DNA from: Chrysomallon squamiferum | Taxonomy: Eukaryota > Animalia > Mollusca | Assembly (NCBI GenBank): GCA_012295275.1 | Contig: CM022666.1 | Span: 4,402,001 to 4,466,000, forward strand | DNA length: 64,000 bases | Reading direction: 5' to 3' | In this document: one piece after another, positions 44,149 through 59,094 of the stretch | Layout: each line of letters begins with the position of its first letter | Numbering within the stretch: position 1 is the stretch's first letter | Made by a program: the position numbers and the translations under genes | The notes under the pieces: generated by a model | What the model was told of the DNA's origin: nothing | Seen by the model: only the letters and a program-made list of their open reading frames with translations | Databases searched by the model: none

Positions 44149-44376
44149 ATGAACAAATTTATGATGATAAAATAAGTAACAGAGTATAAACCAATATAAT
44201 TAATAAACAAAATGGGATAAAAATAAATAAAAAATAAATAAAAATTATATTAATTTAAATTGAGTGAAATAATAAATACAAACAGACATAAATAAAGAAA
44301 AATAAAATGATTTAAAAAATAATAATAATAATAAAAAAAAAAGCAACTAATAAAACCAAAAAAATTTGAAAAAATA

Positions 44377-44419
<43 letters not shown>

Positions 44420-44863
44420 AAAGAGCAAAATTTATGTCTAATGAACACTTTTCAAACAAAGGTTGAGCATCTATAAATTGCTTCTGTGCAAATTAGCCTT
44501 ACTGAAATATCAATACGCAAACTAAGATTTCACAAAATACACAGTTTTATACAGGCCTGGGGATTTCGACTGCATTAGACGTATCTTCTGAACAAATTTA
44601 CTTTAGAACATCAATATATGCTTCCAGCCAAAGATTACAAAGAGGGGTAGTGTCCACAGCAAACACATTTAGACCTCAAACTGCTTAAGATCACTGATAT
44701 AGCTATTAGAACTGAAAATATTAATGACTGGGCCCACTGAAGGCATGCTTGGATTTATTTTTGACTTTTGAACTTGTGCTTTATGCTATGGAAAATATAG
44801 CTGGTAGTAGTTGTTATAAGATGAGTCCACTACAGGTGTGCTTGTGCTTTGAATTACTTTATA

Positions 44864-44957
<94 letters not shown>

Positions 44958-45417
44958 ACACACACACACACCTTGGATCATATCTTATTTCAGTTTAATT
45001 TTACTAATCAAGTAATCATGGAAGATAATCCTGATTACAATACAATACTGTGTCAGTAAAAACATGTATGGACTTATTACTGTCATACTTTATTGTTAGT
45101 AAAGATTGTCATGTACCAGTCAGATATCAATATTTATCAATTTGACTATTACAGTCATATTATATTATTGTTATACTTTATTGTTAGTAAAGACTGTTAT
45201 ATTTTCAAGTAAGTATTAAGTAGTTATGTTTTTGTTATACTTTATTGTTAGTAAACTGTGAGACACAAATTCAGAATTTAATTTGACAGAAACAGATTAT
45301 AAAAGATATCAAAACTGAGATTTTGTTTTGACCAAATTGATTTTCTGTTCAATAGCTCTGAGCTAAATTCTTATAAATCAATTATTGGTTTCATTTTTCC
45401 TTTTCTTCTTCTTCTTC

Positions 45418-45471
<54 letters not shown>

Positions 45472-46623
45472 ATTATTTTATATTTATTTTATTTATTTAC
45501 AAAAAAACTATTTTTCATTTTATTTATGTTTTTAATTTTATATTTCAGCTTAAAATTTATTTCATTTTATTTCATTTACAAAAATAAATGTTTTCTAATT
45601 CTTATTTCATGTTATTTTGTTTGACTTATTGTTATTATTATACTTTAATTTGTTTACCAAAACCAAACATTTTCTTTAAACATAATGTTAATTTTAAATT
45701 AGTACTTTATCTTTTTATTTTTTTATTTTTTTTTTTTTTTATTTTTTTTTTATTTGTATTTTTTTTGAAATAGCCAAAACATTTTATTATCTGTTATCAA
45801 AACAGACCATAACAACAATTAAATATTTATGCATGCTCATGCATGTTTGTGCATGTCAACATGAACACCCACACACATGAGAATATTCACACACACACAC
45901 ACACACACAAACATCATCCTTCACATCATTTCCTAAAATGAGTCTCTTGTGAGTCATGGCTTCAGAAAAGTCAATAACCCATTAGACTCAAATTTGAGTC
46001 CGTTCTTGTACTCAGTGTGCATTACACAATGACTCAAAGTTGAGATAAATCAGCAGTGGACATGTAACTGTATATAAAAAAAAATGTCACACTTGCTGAC
46101 AGTTTCCAGACTTGTTTTAAAACCAGTGAGAAGATGGTGAAAGATCCAACATGCTTAATATTTGTCTTTATGTCACGATTTTTTCTCTACGTTTTTAAAT
46201 TTTTAAATTTTTTGTGGCCTATGAATTTGCAAGTAGAAAGAATGAATATGTGTAATAGCATTAATGAATAAAGAAGAAAAAGTTTGTGTGACAAATTAAG
46301 AGAGAGAGAGAAATACTGAAAGATAGAATATGCATAAGATGATATCACATGAGAGATGGGGAGAGAGTGGGAGAGGTAAGAAAAAGAACAGAAAAAGAGA
46401 GCGAATGAGATAAAGAAAAAGATACAGGAAAGACAGAGAAAAAGAAAGAGATATAAACTGACAGAAAGATAAGCACAATGAGAGAAAGATATAGAACTCC
46501 AAAACAACATAACTTTCTCTTGAAGGAGAAAACAATTACTTACTATCCTATCAATAAATTTTGACCATCTTGTTACATATTACAGATATAGCACATCTCG
46601 GAGTGTGACATACATTAATTAAA

Positions 46624-46654
<31 letters not shown>

Positions 46655-46700
46655 CCATTCATTCCATCCTTTCCTCCAATCTTCTTTGTGTTTTTTCTTC

Positions 46701-46731
<31 letters not shown>

Positions 46732-47206
46732 AACACAAACACTTGTGTATTTGGTCAAAATGCACGAATGCACAAAACCGAAAAACAGAAAGGACTTTGC
46801 CAGCAATCAATAGACAAAACTGATTTTTAACCGAAGATCAGGTCTGCTGGTGAAAACTTTGTTCACATCACAGATCATTCTCCCAGACCTGCTGTCTCTT
46901 GCCTGAAGGTGTACTCGCTAATTACACTTTATTGGACACACTTGCACGGCGGCTTAGCAGAGAAAAAGAACATTTGGTGCATTGGATTAAATGCAGCAGA
47001 GAGAAAAAAAAACAAACAAAAGAAGCAAAGCAAATGAGAATTGTTTAGCTGTGTGAATGAGATGAAATATCAAGTGATGGATTCTTAGACAACTAACTGC
47101 AAGTGATGGAGTTGTTAAGTAGACAGATACTTAAACAGTCGTAATTGCGGAAATCAATTCATGCGTTCGAACTGATCCGTCTGTTTATAAAAACTGTAAA
47201 TATATA

Positions 47207-47207
<1 letters not shown>

Positions 47208-47239
<32 letters not shown>

Positions 47240-47389
47240 TGTCTGTGTGTGTGACTATGTGTGTGTGTGTGTGTGTGTGAGACTGTATGTGTGTGTGTGT
47301 GTGTGTGTGTGTGAGACTGTATGTGTGTGTGTGTGTGACTGTATGTGTCTGTGTGTGTGTGTGTCTGTGTACGTGTGTGTGTCTGTGTC

Positions 47390-47421
<32 letters not shown>

Positions 47422-47465
47422 ACTGTATGTGTCTGTGTGTCTGTGTACGTGTGTGTGTCTGTGTC

Positions 47466-47515
<50 letters not shown>
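47208..47515. repeat. Compound (TG)n microsatellite
   Basis: Directly visible. Confidence 0.92.
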
Positions 47516-47517
<2 letters not shown>

Positions 47518-50219
47518 AGTGAGATATTTTTGAATGAAATACAAACTGATCATATGTGTGTGATGTGTGTTATGAAACGTATTAGTAACAATTAACCAAC
47601 ACCAAAACATATCTTTATTATCAAAAACATATTATTTTTATATATTTAGGCAAAAAATATTATATATATATAATATATATGTGTGTGTGTGTGAGTATTA
47701 TGAAATACACTGATAAAAATTAACCCATACCAATTAATATCTTTATATTGAAAAACATGTTATTTTCACATTTAGGAAAAAATTACCACAGGGCCTATCT
47801 ATTACACATATTGCATATATGTATTATAAAAGAAACTATGGTAAAAATTAGGCCACATCAAAACACATCTTTATTATTAAAAAAAACAAAAAAACATACA
47901 CCAAAGCATTTTATTATTAAATACTTGGGTAAGAATTAGGCCACAGAGTCTATATATTACACATGTATTATAAAACATGTTGATAAAAAAAAAATTGGGC
48001 CACACATGAACAAAATTATTTCTATAAATATCAATGACATTAAGAAGAAGAAGAAAAAAAAAAAACAAAAAAAAACAACAACCAACAACACCAAAATGAG
48101 GCGAAGTGCAAAGGAGAAATCTAATTTGGTTAATATTTATAGCCCTTCTTCTTATCTGTGTTCAAGTCTGCACCAGAATCTAAACCCACCATCCATCACA
48201 CACTGATGTAATATTAATGAGACACAAACAAACCAAATTAGGCCGTAACCGAGTTTGTGCAGAATTTTTGGAAATTGGTGGGAAATCTTCGCCACATAAC
48301 CAACTGTTTTCGATAGGACTGTTTTTCATTTTTTTTTTTTTTTTAAAATGTGATTGTTTTGAAAGGAAGAAGAATGTTCAAATGATGATGATGCTGAAGA
48401 AAAAGATTAAATAATTTTTAATTATAATGCTTAATAATAGTAAAATAATATAATGACTAAAGTAGTAGTAGGAAAGTAGTAGTAATAGTAATAGTGGTGG
48501 TTGTGATAGTAGTAGTGGTCGTAGCAGTAGTAGCATTAGATGTAATAGTAACATTTGCAGTGGTGGTAGTAGTAGAATTAGTAGTAATAGTAGTTGTAGC
48601 AGCAGCAGTAATAGTAACATTTGTAATTGTGGTAGTAGTAGTAGTAGTAGTAATAGTAACATTTTTTTGTGCTAGTAGTAGCAGTAGTAATAGTAATAGC
48701 TGTTGTAGGAGCAGCAGTCGTAACATTTGTAGTGGTGGTAGTAGTAGTAGTAATCAGTATGCATATTTACAAAACTAATCCCTCCATCACTGAAACACAC
48801 ACTCATTATAAAGTAAAAATAACATTCGTATTGCATTACTGATAATATCCCTTTAACAAAGACCTCAATCATCTAGTCTGCCCAATCAATACATGAAAAC
48901 AATAACATGATTACCAACTGTTCCAAGCAGTGCATTTACAAATTAACTTCATCTTCTTGTTCAATATTTCATGCACGAGATATGACAACTGAAAAAAAAC
49001 ATGCCAGGAATTTTTTTTTTTTTTTTTTTTTTTTTGTTATATTTTGTAATACCAAAAGTCAAAGAAAAGGATAAATTTTATTTTTATTAAATATTGGTCC
49101 TTAGTAATTCATTATTGCAAATTATGTGAGTGTTTTTTTTTTTTTTTTTAAATTTAAATTTCTTAAAGGTTATGGTATATGTTGTCTTGACCAGAATTTA
49201 ATTTGATGGTTGTTTTGGTAAGAGTAACCTCTGGTGTGGAAATTATGTGTGTATTATGGGTAGGAAAAAAACCATTAGCTTGTGCATGGCCAGTTCAATA
49301 TTTTCAGATAGATGGATTCATAAGGTATTATATGGATAAGTTACAAATGATAAAAATGGGAGTATTCTTTGAAATTCATGATAGAATGTTATTCTTTAGA
49401 GTTGCAATGAATATCTTGAGTAGGAGTAACTGTTAAAAATATCCCTAGCAGGAGTAACTCAGTATTGAAATTCGTGGTATTGTTATTCTTTGTATGGCAG
49501 TTACAAACATCTAAGGTTGGAGTAACTCTTAATGTGGCAATTTCTTTTTCACACTTTATTGTCCAATACAAACACAAATGAAGAAGAAAAATCCTTTTGT
49601 AAAAGAAAATAAACACCTAATGAAAACTCAGTTTCACTTGAACAGTATCAAAACATTTCTCAAATATTTACCTCTTAGTGCTAACCATCTTTGATGGGTT
49701 AACAGAATTAAAAAGAAAAGTGGCCATTTTTTCTTCTTCTTGTTCTTTTAAAAAAATATTTCAATAAATGGCTTTTATTTTCAAAGCGAGTGATAATGGG
49801 TTGTTAATATACAGTTCAGCTTTGGTTGCCAAGTCAGCCATTGAGACATCTTTCAGCTATATTAGTCTTGTTACAAGTCCTGTGAGTGTTTGCTTAGAAA
49901 CTATCGCCGGGCAGCCATATTGATTTTGCTTTTTTTACCTCCCCTCTTAGAGAGCTAGCTTATGGCTTGAAAATAAATATTAGCGTAGTGTTTTACAAGT
50001 GTGATGTCTTGGGGAAAGTGTTGGTTTGGGTTTTTTTTGGATGAAAGAGGAGTTTTTGTGTTGGGGAGGGTGTTGGAGAAGAAATAAAGAGTAAAAAAGA
50101 GATGATAAAAGTAAAAAAAAAAAAATATTTTATTATCAGGCAATCCAGATAAAATAGTTTGTTTTATGTTGTAATAAATGTGCCAGAAGTATGAAAGTAT
50201 TTACAAAAAGAGAGGGAGA

Positions 50220-50286
<67 letters not shown>

Positions 50287-50323
50287 AGAGAGAGAGAGAG
50301 AGGAGAGAGGAGGGAGGGAGGAG

Positions 50324-50408
<85 letters not shown>

Positions 50409-50922
50409 AAAAATGGTCTAGGATTCCAGGAACCTTAAGGTTAAATACTGTTACACATACCTGACAAAACAATTAATTACCTTCTTTTTTTTTTCAGTCT
50501 TTTCGCCATTATGTTTTTCTTTATTTATCTTCTTTTTTCCTTTTATCCTTTTTTTTATTCGTTTTTTTACTTGATGATTTGGCTGATCAGATATTTATAA
50601 ATTACTGTGGCAAGAAGTGTTTTTTTTTTTTTTTTAGAATTTAGTTTAACCTTCCAAGAGAAACAGATATATTTTATTTTCCTGGTCAGCTCAGTTTAAA
50701 CACTCTCTAAAAACTCTGTGGTTTGTACTGTCATGATTATGAAAAAGGTAAATGAATGTTTTATTTATTTAGATTTCTTTCCAAAAGACACATAGAAATA
50801 CACAAATAAGACACACACAAAAAAAAAAAAAAAAATTAAAAAAAAAAAAAGTTAAAAGAAACAAATCTCTATCTTCTCAAAACAAAACAGAGTTCCAAGC
50901 CCTGAATTTAACCTTAACTCAC

Positions 50923-50985
50923 CATGTCTCAGTGGACTATAAAACAAACCGGTTACAGTCGAAAAGACCAGAGGAGTCAAACAGT
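50923..50985 (-). other. 63-nt exon, probably 5'UTR ending with the initiator ATG (50925-50923)
   Basis: A long pyrimidine tract precedes it: ttctttctatttctttttccctcttcag|ACTGTTTGA...TGAGACATG|gtgagt. In-frame stops lie upstream of the ATG, and phase 0 matches exon 14833-14958 across a 35,964-nt intron. Confidence 0.62.
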
Positions 50986-51314
50986 CTGAAGAGGGAAAAA
51001 GAAATAGAAAGAATTAACAGAAAAAAAAAAGAAGAGAAAACAGAGAACAAACGACATTAACAAAAACGCAAAAAAAAAACATATTTCGTGAAATTTCAGA
51101 CTCTGTCGCCGATGTTGTTATGGCTAAATTTTCCAATCCCTGGCCAAACTTGACCGCTAATTTTCTCGTCCACTGGACCCATTCGGCCAATCTGGAAGTG
51201 ACCAATTGAAGTGGACGTGTAAAGGGAAAGGTTTATTTCTGAATTACTGACGACAATGGATTCATTTTGCCTGCCATTATGTGGTCTGGATTTTCTCATG
51301 TTAAGTAGTCTCAT

Positions 51315-51950
51315 TGTTGTTGTTGTTGTTGTTGTTATTGTTGCTGCTGATGAAGAAATGTGGTTATAGAATATCCTAATGTTAAATGGTGTGATTGCAG
51401 TTGTTGTTGTTATTATTGATGGTGCTGATGACGATGATTATGATGAAATGTGTTTTATAGAGTCTCTTAATGTTAAGTGGTGTGATTGCTGTTGTTGTTG
51501 TTGTTATTGATGGTGATGATGAAGATGACGATGAAGAAATGTGGTTATAGAGTCTCTTAATGTTAAGTGGTGTGATTGCTGTTGTTGTTTATGTTGCTGA
51601 TGAAAATGATGATGATGAAATGTGTTTTATAGAGTCTCTTAATATTAAGTGGTGTGATTGCTGTTGTTGTTGATGTTGCTGATAAAGATGACGATGAAGA
51701 AATGTGGTTTTAGAGTCTCTTAATATTAAGGGGTGTGATTGCTGTTGTTATTGATGTTGCTGATGAAGATGACGATGAAGAAATGTGGTTATAGAGTCTC
51801 TTAATATTAAGGGGTGTGATTGCTGCAGTTGTTGTTGTTGTTGATAATGAGATGATTGGATAATGAAAAACAAAATTGTGTGAGACTCCATATTAAGTAG
51901 TGAGATTGTTGCAAGGTTCTTGTAGATGATGATAATGATAATGATGATAA
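51315..51950. repeat. ~81-91-bp tandem repeat, ~7 copies, with internal (GTT)n/(GAT)n
   Basis: The core aaatgtg.tt.tagagtctcttaat.ttaag.ggtgtgattgc occurs at about 51357, 51446, 51537, 51618, 51700, 51781 and 51873. Confidence 0.9.
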
Positions 51951-53085
51951 AAAATACTTACAGATAAATACAAGTATACAAATATATATATATAAATATA
52001 TTTATAGATAATATATACTTATATAAATATAACATACATAGAGATTCAGACATACATACACACAATTACAAACACACATCACATTTATTTACAAACAGAC
52101 ACATCACATTTATCGGACAAACAACCACACACATCTACAAACTTGGACAAATTCACAAAACAAAAACACAGACACACAAAAACTCACAAAAAGAGAGGTG
52201 GGGGGGGGAGGGACAGACAAACAAAAAACGTCACTTTTAAAACCAACCACCACAATTAACATTCAACAAAAACCTTTATTCTCTGCGTTTTTCGTTTAAT
52301 TTATTCTGACAAAAAAAAAACGACACAGGTGTTGCTGCAGGTGATGAATACGGAGGGAAGTCTGCCACGACGGTGTCACATGTGCAGACGAGGATGTTGC
52401 AAATAAGTGACCGGACGGTACGAGGATGTGCGACAATAGAGAAATAAATCAAGCGTACAAAATGGAGGAAGCATTTCGTGTAACTGTCCGTCTGAGCTAG
52501 GAAATGAGGGATGTTAATTCTGAAGAATGGAAATAGAAAATAAATTATTCTTCATTAAAGAGGCCGAATTAAGTCTCCACAGTTTTCTGTTCTCTGACCT
52601 GACGGCAACAGGGCGCTGGGATCAGTTCTCAGTAAAAGAAAGATGATGAAGAATTGGCTTTTTTTAGAGAAAGTAGAATGTTTCTGATGGGTTTTTTTCT
52701 GGTGATGGTTTATTGGGATAATGTTTTTTTATCATGAAGGGATGTTAGTGTTTCTGGATTATTTCTGATGGTTAAAGGATGATAGATGATAATACAGCAG
52801 GATTAATCTGCTGGGATGATTAAGTTTTGGCAAAGGATGATAAGAGATTAGGATTAACTGATGTTAAGGAAAGATGAGTTATTCAAAAATATGAGTGTAA
52901 AACAAATATATCTATACATGCATGTTTTGTTTGTTTGTTCACCATTTTTTTTTTTTTTTTTCTTTATTTAATTTAATTTAATTTTATTTAATTTAATTTT
53001 TTATTATTTATTTATTTATAATTTTAATTTTTCTTACATATCTTAATAAAAAACAAAAAAAAAAAAAAAAAAAAAAAAAAGAATG

Positions 53086-53257
53086 TGACAGACACTTTTA
53101 TTTTTTTTTTTTCTATTTCATCCTGATCTAATAAATCTGAAAAACTTTATAAAACAAATATTTCTTTCTTCCTCTTCATCTTTCTTTGATATTTTCAAAA
53201 GATAACATTTAACACTGTACATCCTTAACAAACACAACTTTCAAATTACAGTTCATT
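53086..53257. repeat. Dispersed ~172-bp direct repeat, copy 1
   Basis: Closely matches 61952-62127, including tataaaacaaatatttctttcttcctcttcatc and gataacatttaacactgtacatccttaac..cacaactttcaaattacagttcatt. Confidence 0.88.
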
Positions 53258-53902
53258 TTCTAGTTATAACCATAAATACATCTGTATGTGTGTGTGTATA
53301 TATATATATATATATCTGTGTGTTTCTGTGTGTTATGTGTATGTGTGTGTCATACATACACACTTTTAATATAATTTTTAACCATGTATAAAAATACGGA
53401 TCTGTACATTTGTTATATATACCTGTAAAAACGATTCATGTGTGGCCCTGGATATTGTTAACATAAAACTTTAAAAAAAAAAAAAACCCACCAAAAAAAA
53501 AAAAAAAAAAAAAAAACAATGTATAAAAAAATAGAATAAAAAAAAACAATGTTACACATACTTATGATATTTTCTGACACTTGTGAAATGGGTTAAACAG
53601 TAAAATGTAGAAACAATGTAATACGTAATGTAACACATGGGAGTTAATTTGTTCAACATATGAAAACAAAACCAAAGTTTCCCAGACATTTTTTTCTTTT
53701 TTCACATTTTTTCTTTTTTTTTTTGCAGTGTTGACACTTCCTGCTAAGGAAAAATAACCTTTTGTACTTTTGTACTTTTTCTTTTTCCTTTTTTTTAAAA
53801 TTCTTTTTGGTTTTCTCTGTTGAGATTGATGTTGTTTATTGTTGTTATTATAATATTGTTGCTGCTGTAACAATTGTAACATCTTTAATAATAATTATTA
53901 TA

Positions 53903-53972
<70 letters not shown>

Positions 53973-54714
53973 CATTATTATTATCATCATCATCATCATT
54001 TTCTAGAATATATAAAAATGATCTATTTTTTATCATTTTTATTCTTCACCTTTATTGTTATTACTAAATAAATTATTTTATTTTATTTTATAATACACTA
54101 TAATTTTAATTCAACATTACCATGACTCCTATGTTCTCTCCAGACTTAAGAATCTTATTATAAACTATCTTGACATCCAGGAAATTATTTAAACTTTACA
54201 TGATTTTATCAAAGTCTCCCCAGCAGATAAGCCTGCATTCTGGTATTTTAAAGGCAGTCACTCAGTCAAAGTAAAATGTCATTAACAACATTTGTCTGAC
54301 TGAACAAGTTTCAGTTATATTAAGTGTTGAAAGAAAAGCTTAAAAAAAATAAAATAAAATAAATAAATAATTATTGATTAAATAAAATAAGTAAATAAAA
54401 AAAAATAATAATAATAATAAAAAATAAAAATATTAATAAAATAAAATAAATAAATAAAAACACGAACAAATAAATAATGAATAAATAAATAAATAAAATA
54501 AACAAATAAAATAAATAAATGAATTTAATAAATAACAAATAAACACAATGTTTATCCTTATATTATTCTAGTATTAAAAGGAAACAGAAAATTTCAGCTG
54601 AAAACAAAACTGTATGTTGTATTTTATCTTTTGTCCTTATAAAATAAGGTGGTTTATATATATATATAACAATAACTTCTTGAAGCATTACTTTCTTTAA
54701 GTAGTAGTAAGAAA

Positions 54715-54940
54715 TATTTGATATGTACCTACCCATGAACAGGAAAAACATACCCTTATTTTAATACCTCTGACAAGTCATATGTATCGTGGATAGAAGG
54801 AAAACAAACCTTGATTTTAATATCTCAATCAATTCATATGCACCTACCCATGGGTAGAAAGAAACGAAACTAAGATTTTAATACATCAGACAATTCATAT
54901 GAATCTGGTAATGAAAATACATACTCTGGTTTTAATAGAG
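54715..54940. repeat. Degenerate ~58-bp tandem repeat, ~4 copies
   Basis: Recurrent catatg.acctacccatg..agaa.gaaa..gattttaata..acaattc. Confidence 0.6.
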
Positions 54941-55991
54941 CAGTGAAGCAGCACTGTTTAGAATGGGAAATTGTTCATCAGTTCTACTGTGGATGTCTGA
55001 ACCACCCACCTACTTATTTGATACTGTCTTATTTCTTTTGATTATTAATAATACTTTTTTTTTTTTTTTTTTAGCAAATGAATAGATCCTGAAATTTTAT
55101 TTTATAATCTGATAGTCTATAAAAACATACATAAAAAATGTTTTAATAATTTATTTTAATAAAACAACCTGATATTTGAGACTTTTTTTTTTACAGTACA
55201 ATCAGTATGTTTTTATTTTTTTTTTTTTTTTTTTTTTATAATTCATTTAAATTTAAAAGAATAAATAAGGGAAAAATAAATAACTTCCTGATATAAATTC
55301 TGAAAATTGTTTTTATTTTCATCTTAATTTAAAACACTTTATATAAAAAAAAAAAAAAATAAATAAATAAATATTTCAGCTAATAAGAAAATGAAAAATG
55401 ATATCAAAAAATCTTAGAAAATCATAATAAATTTAAAAAAACAAAAAAAAAACAGCATAAAATTTGAAGAAATATGAAATTGAAATAAAGTTTTTAAAAA
55501 AATCTTCAATTTCATTTAATAATTCTAAATCTCAGTCTATATATAAAAAAGAAAAAAGAAAAGAAAAAGTAAAAGAAAAAAGAAGATATCGTTTTGAAAA
55601 TGGTCAAAAAATCTAACAAACGAAACCAAACCACACCCACACAAAACATTCCACTTTCGCCTAATAACAACAAAATACTGAAACACATCAAAAATCTGCT
55701 TTCGACATTAAATTTGTGAGAAAGTTGAAAAAAAACGATACCTTGAGGCAATAACTGGGCTGTTTGATTGATGTTACGATTTTTAGAAAATGGGAAAAAA
55801 GGGTGAAATTCAACACAAAACCTTCGCTTAAATTGGCAAGGAAATTAGTTTTTGAGATGGCATATCACATCTGATGGAAGCATAGATTCGAGCTGCGTCA
55901 CTAGTAATATTGCATGTCATTCTTTCAAACAAATTACCCGTATGTAAGCTTACACAAGAAATGTAAAAAAGATATTGTTTCCATCAGAAAA

Positions 55992-56065
<74 letters not shown>

Positions 56066-57222
56066 AAACAAAAAAATTGACGATACTAATAAGAACATCA
56101 ATAATATATATTAATAACGATGATGATATTGATGATGATGATGATATTGATGAAAGTATGATAAAGATTATACTGATATATTTTTTGATGATGGCAATGA
56201 TCAAAATAATGATGTTGCTGCTATAATTTTTGTTATCATCATCATCATCATCTTTATTACTATTATTTTTATTATTATTATCACTATCATCATGTTTATT
56301 ATTTTCATTATTATAATTATAAATATCATCCTCATCATTTTAATTTGTTTTTGCTCAGTTTAACAAAAATTATATATATATATATATTTTTTTTTACCAG
56401 AATAAAAAAAATCCATATCAGTTAAAAAAAAAAAATAAAAGTAAATCTTTATTTAATCACAAATATCTCTCGCCCTTTCTCCTTTTCAAGTCACAAACAT
56501 GTACACAAGCCTAACATACCAACAACAAATCGTAGTCATGGCAACAAGCTCATGGAAACCAATTACAGCTTCCTGTCTGCTGGGTAATGATAAATGATAA
56601 AGTGATGCTCATTCTAAATAAAAGCCAGTCCAAATCTCAATAAACTGTATGAACTGAGATAATTCATGTAATGTTTGTATGGCTTGATTAACGGTGAAAG
56701 TGAAAGTAACTATTTCTGGAAAATCCCGGATTACCACTGAGCCAGTAATTGGTTGTGTGTAAATCGGGAGCTTGTGAATATCACTGTGAACTGGTACCAG
56801 AATAAAGGAAATTGGAAAAAAAGAAAAAAAAAAAAAAAAAAAAAAATGAAAAGGAAGAAGAATGAAGGAAGGAAGGAAGGTAAGAAAAAGAAAAGAAAGG
56901 ACAAATGTTTAATATTTTTTTTTTTTTTGGATAACATAATATATATATATAAATCAAAATAATAAATAAATCAAAATAAATAAATAAAGAAAGAAAGAAA
57001 GAAAGAAAGAAGAAGAAGAAGAAAGGAAGAAAAAAGAAGAAGAAATAGAAGAAGAAGAAGAAGAAAAGAAGAAGAAGAAGTACATTTTATGTATCTCTTA
57101 CAGAACAGTCACCATGATGAATTTCATTGCTATGGTTACGTTCATATGAAATTTGAAAAACATATTTTCTACAGTTGTTTTTTGTTTTAAAAAATATCAT
57201 TTAAAAAATATGTTTAACTTAC

Positions 57223-57246
57223 CCAATCTTCCTTTTTCCCTGTTAT
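57223..57246 (-). other. Candidate 24-nt micro-exon
   Basis: Consensus acceptor and donor lie 24 nt apart in the gene orientation: ttgtttttatttgtatttttcag|ATAACAGGGAAAAAGGAAGATTGG|gtaagt. The body is purine-rich. Confidence 0.5.
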
Positions 57247-58471
57247 CTGAAAAATACAAATAAAAACAATTAAAAATTAACAAAAAAATTGCTATACTAA
57301 AACAGAAAAGAGACACACATACACACACAAATACACATATACATACACAAATACACATATACATACATACAGACATACACTGTCACATACACATGGTTAA
57401 TTATAAATAAACAAAATAAAAACCTTTAAATTTTTGTTTTATACAAATTCACAATCACACAGAAAAAGCAAGTCTAGACAAGCTTTTCATTAAAAATAAG
57501 TTTTTGAAAATGTTCAGAACAGTAATTTTAGTCATTCAATAGAACAAATGAATTTTACATTCTAACACTGAACAAATGATTCACATGATGTGAAAACATG
57601 TCAGAAATTTAATAATGAGTAACTTGCAAAAGATTAGCTCACCTTATATGATGAAAACCAGTAGTTAAAAACAACCCATATTATAAATAAAACTTACAAT
57701 TCCCAAATATTAGATAGAGAAAACATAAAATAGAAGAAAAAAAAATCCTAAAACATTTACATTCAGATCTAAACATTTAACCAGCAGAGGCTCTGGGCAA
57801 AATGTTTTAAAACTCAGTTTTATCTGAAAATAGGTTTACTTTTTATTAGGAAAGAAAGAAAGAAAGAAGGAAAAAGAATGGAATGCAGAAAAGATTTGAA
57901 ATGAATGAAAGAAAAAGAAGGAAAGAAAACAAAAAAGAGAAAAGAAAAACTGAAAGGGAGGAAAGACAGAATGAATGAAGGAATTAAGGTTAAAAAAAGA
58001 AAGAAAAAAAGAGAAATAAAAAGCAGGAAAAAAGAGGAATGATAGAAAACAAAAAAGGAAAGAAATAGAAAGAAAAGAAAGAAAGGAAGAAAAAAAGAAA
58101 GAAAGAAAGAAAGAAAAAAGAAATAAAAAGCAGGAAAAAAGAAGAATGATAGAAAACAAAAAAGGAAAGAAATAGAAAGAAAAGAAAGAAAGGAAGAAAA
58201 GAAAGAAAGAAAGAAAGAAAAAAAAAAAAGAAAGAAAGAAAGAAAGAAAGAAAGAAAATTAAATTATTATCAAATATCTGGGGAAAAAAAACCGACGTGG
58301 AGATTTGAACCGAGAGATCACTGTACCAATCTCAAACACAATTATGGGACTTAATAAGACTTTGACACCAACGTACTAAACAAGTTCACACAGCAGAAAT
58401 TACACACTCAGATACTCAATCAGATTTACAGTCCAAACAAGTTCTTGTCAACATGAAAGATAGGACAGAAT

Positions 58472-58740
<269 letters not shown>

Positions 58741-59094
58741 AATAGAAGATATATAGAGAAAAAAGAGAAGAAAGACAACAGTTCAAGAGAGAGATATAGA
58801 AGATAAAAAAAAAAAAAGAAATCAACAGAGAGAGAAAAGTAAAGTAAAAAAAAAACACCCAAAAACGTGAACATGGTTGAAAACAGAAAGAAAGAAAACA
58901 TATTTTAAACATTAACAACACCAATAATACTTCTCGCAAACAGTGAAGAAAGTGAAGGAAAACATTCAAAGTGATTTGTTTAAAAATTAAAAGCAGCAGA
59001 AATAAGCCTGAAAACCTCCAAAGGAAGAGGAGAAACTTTCTGAAATGTGTACTCAGTGTTTTTTTATGTGTCCCCAAGTAGAACAGAGTCCATT

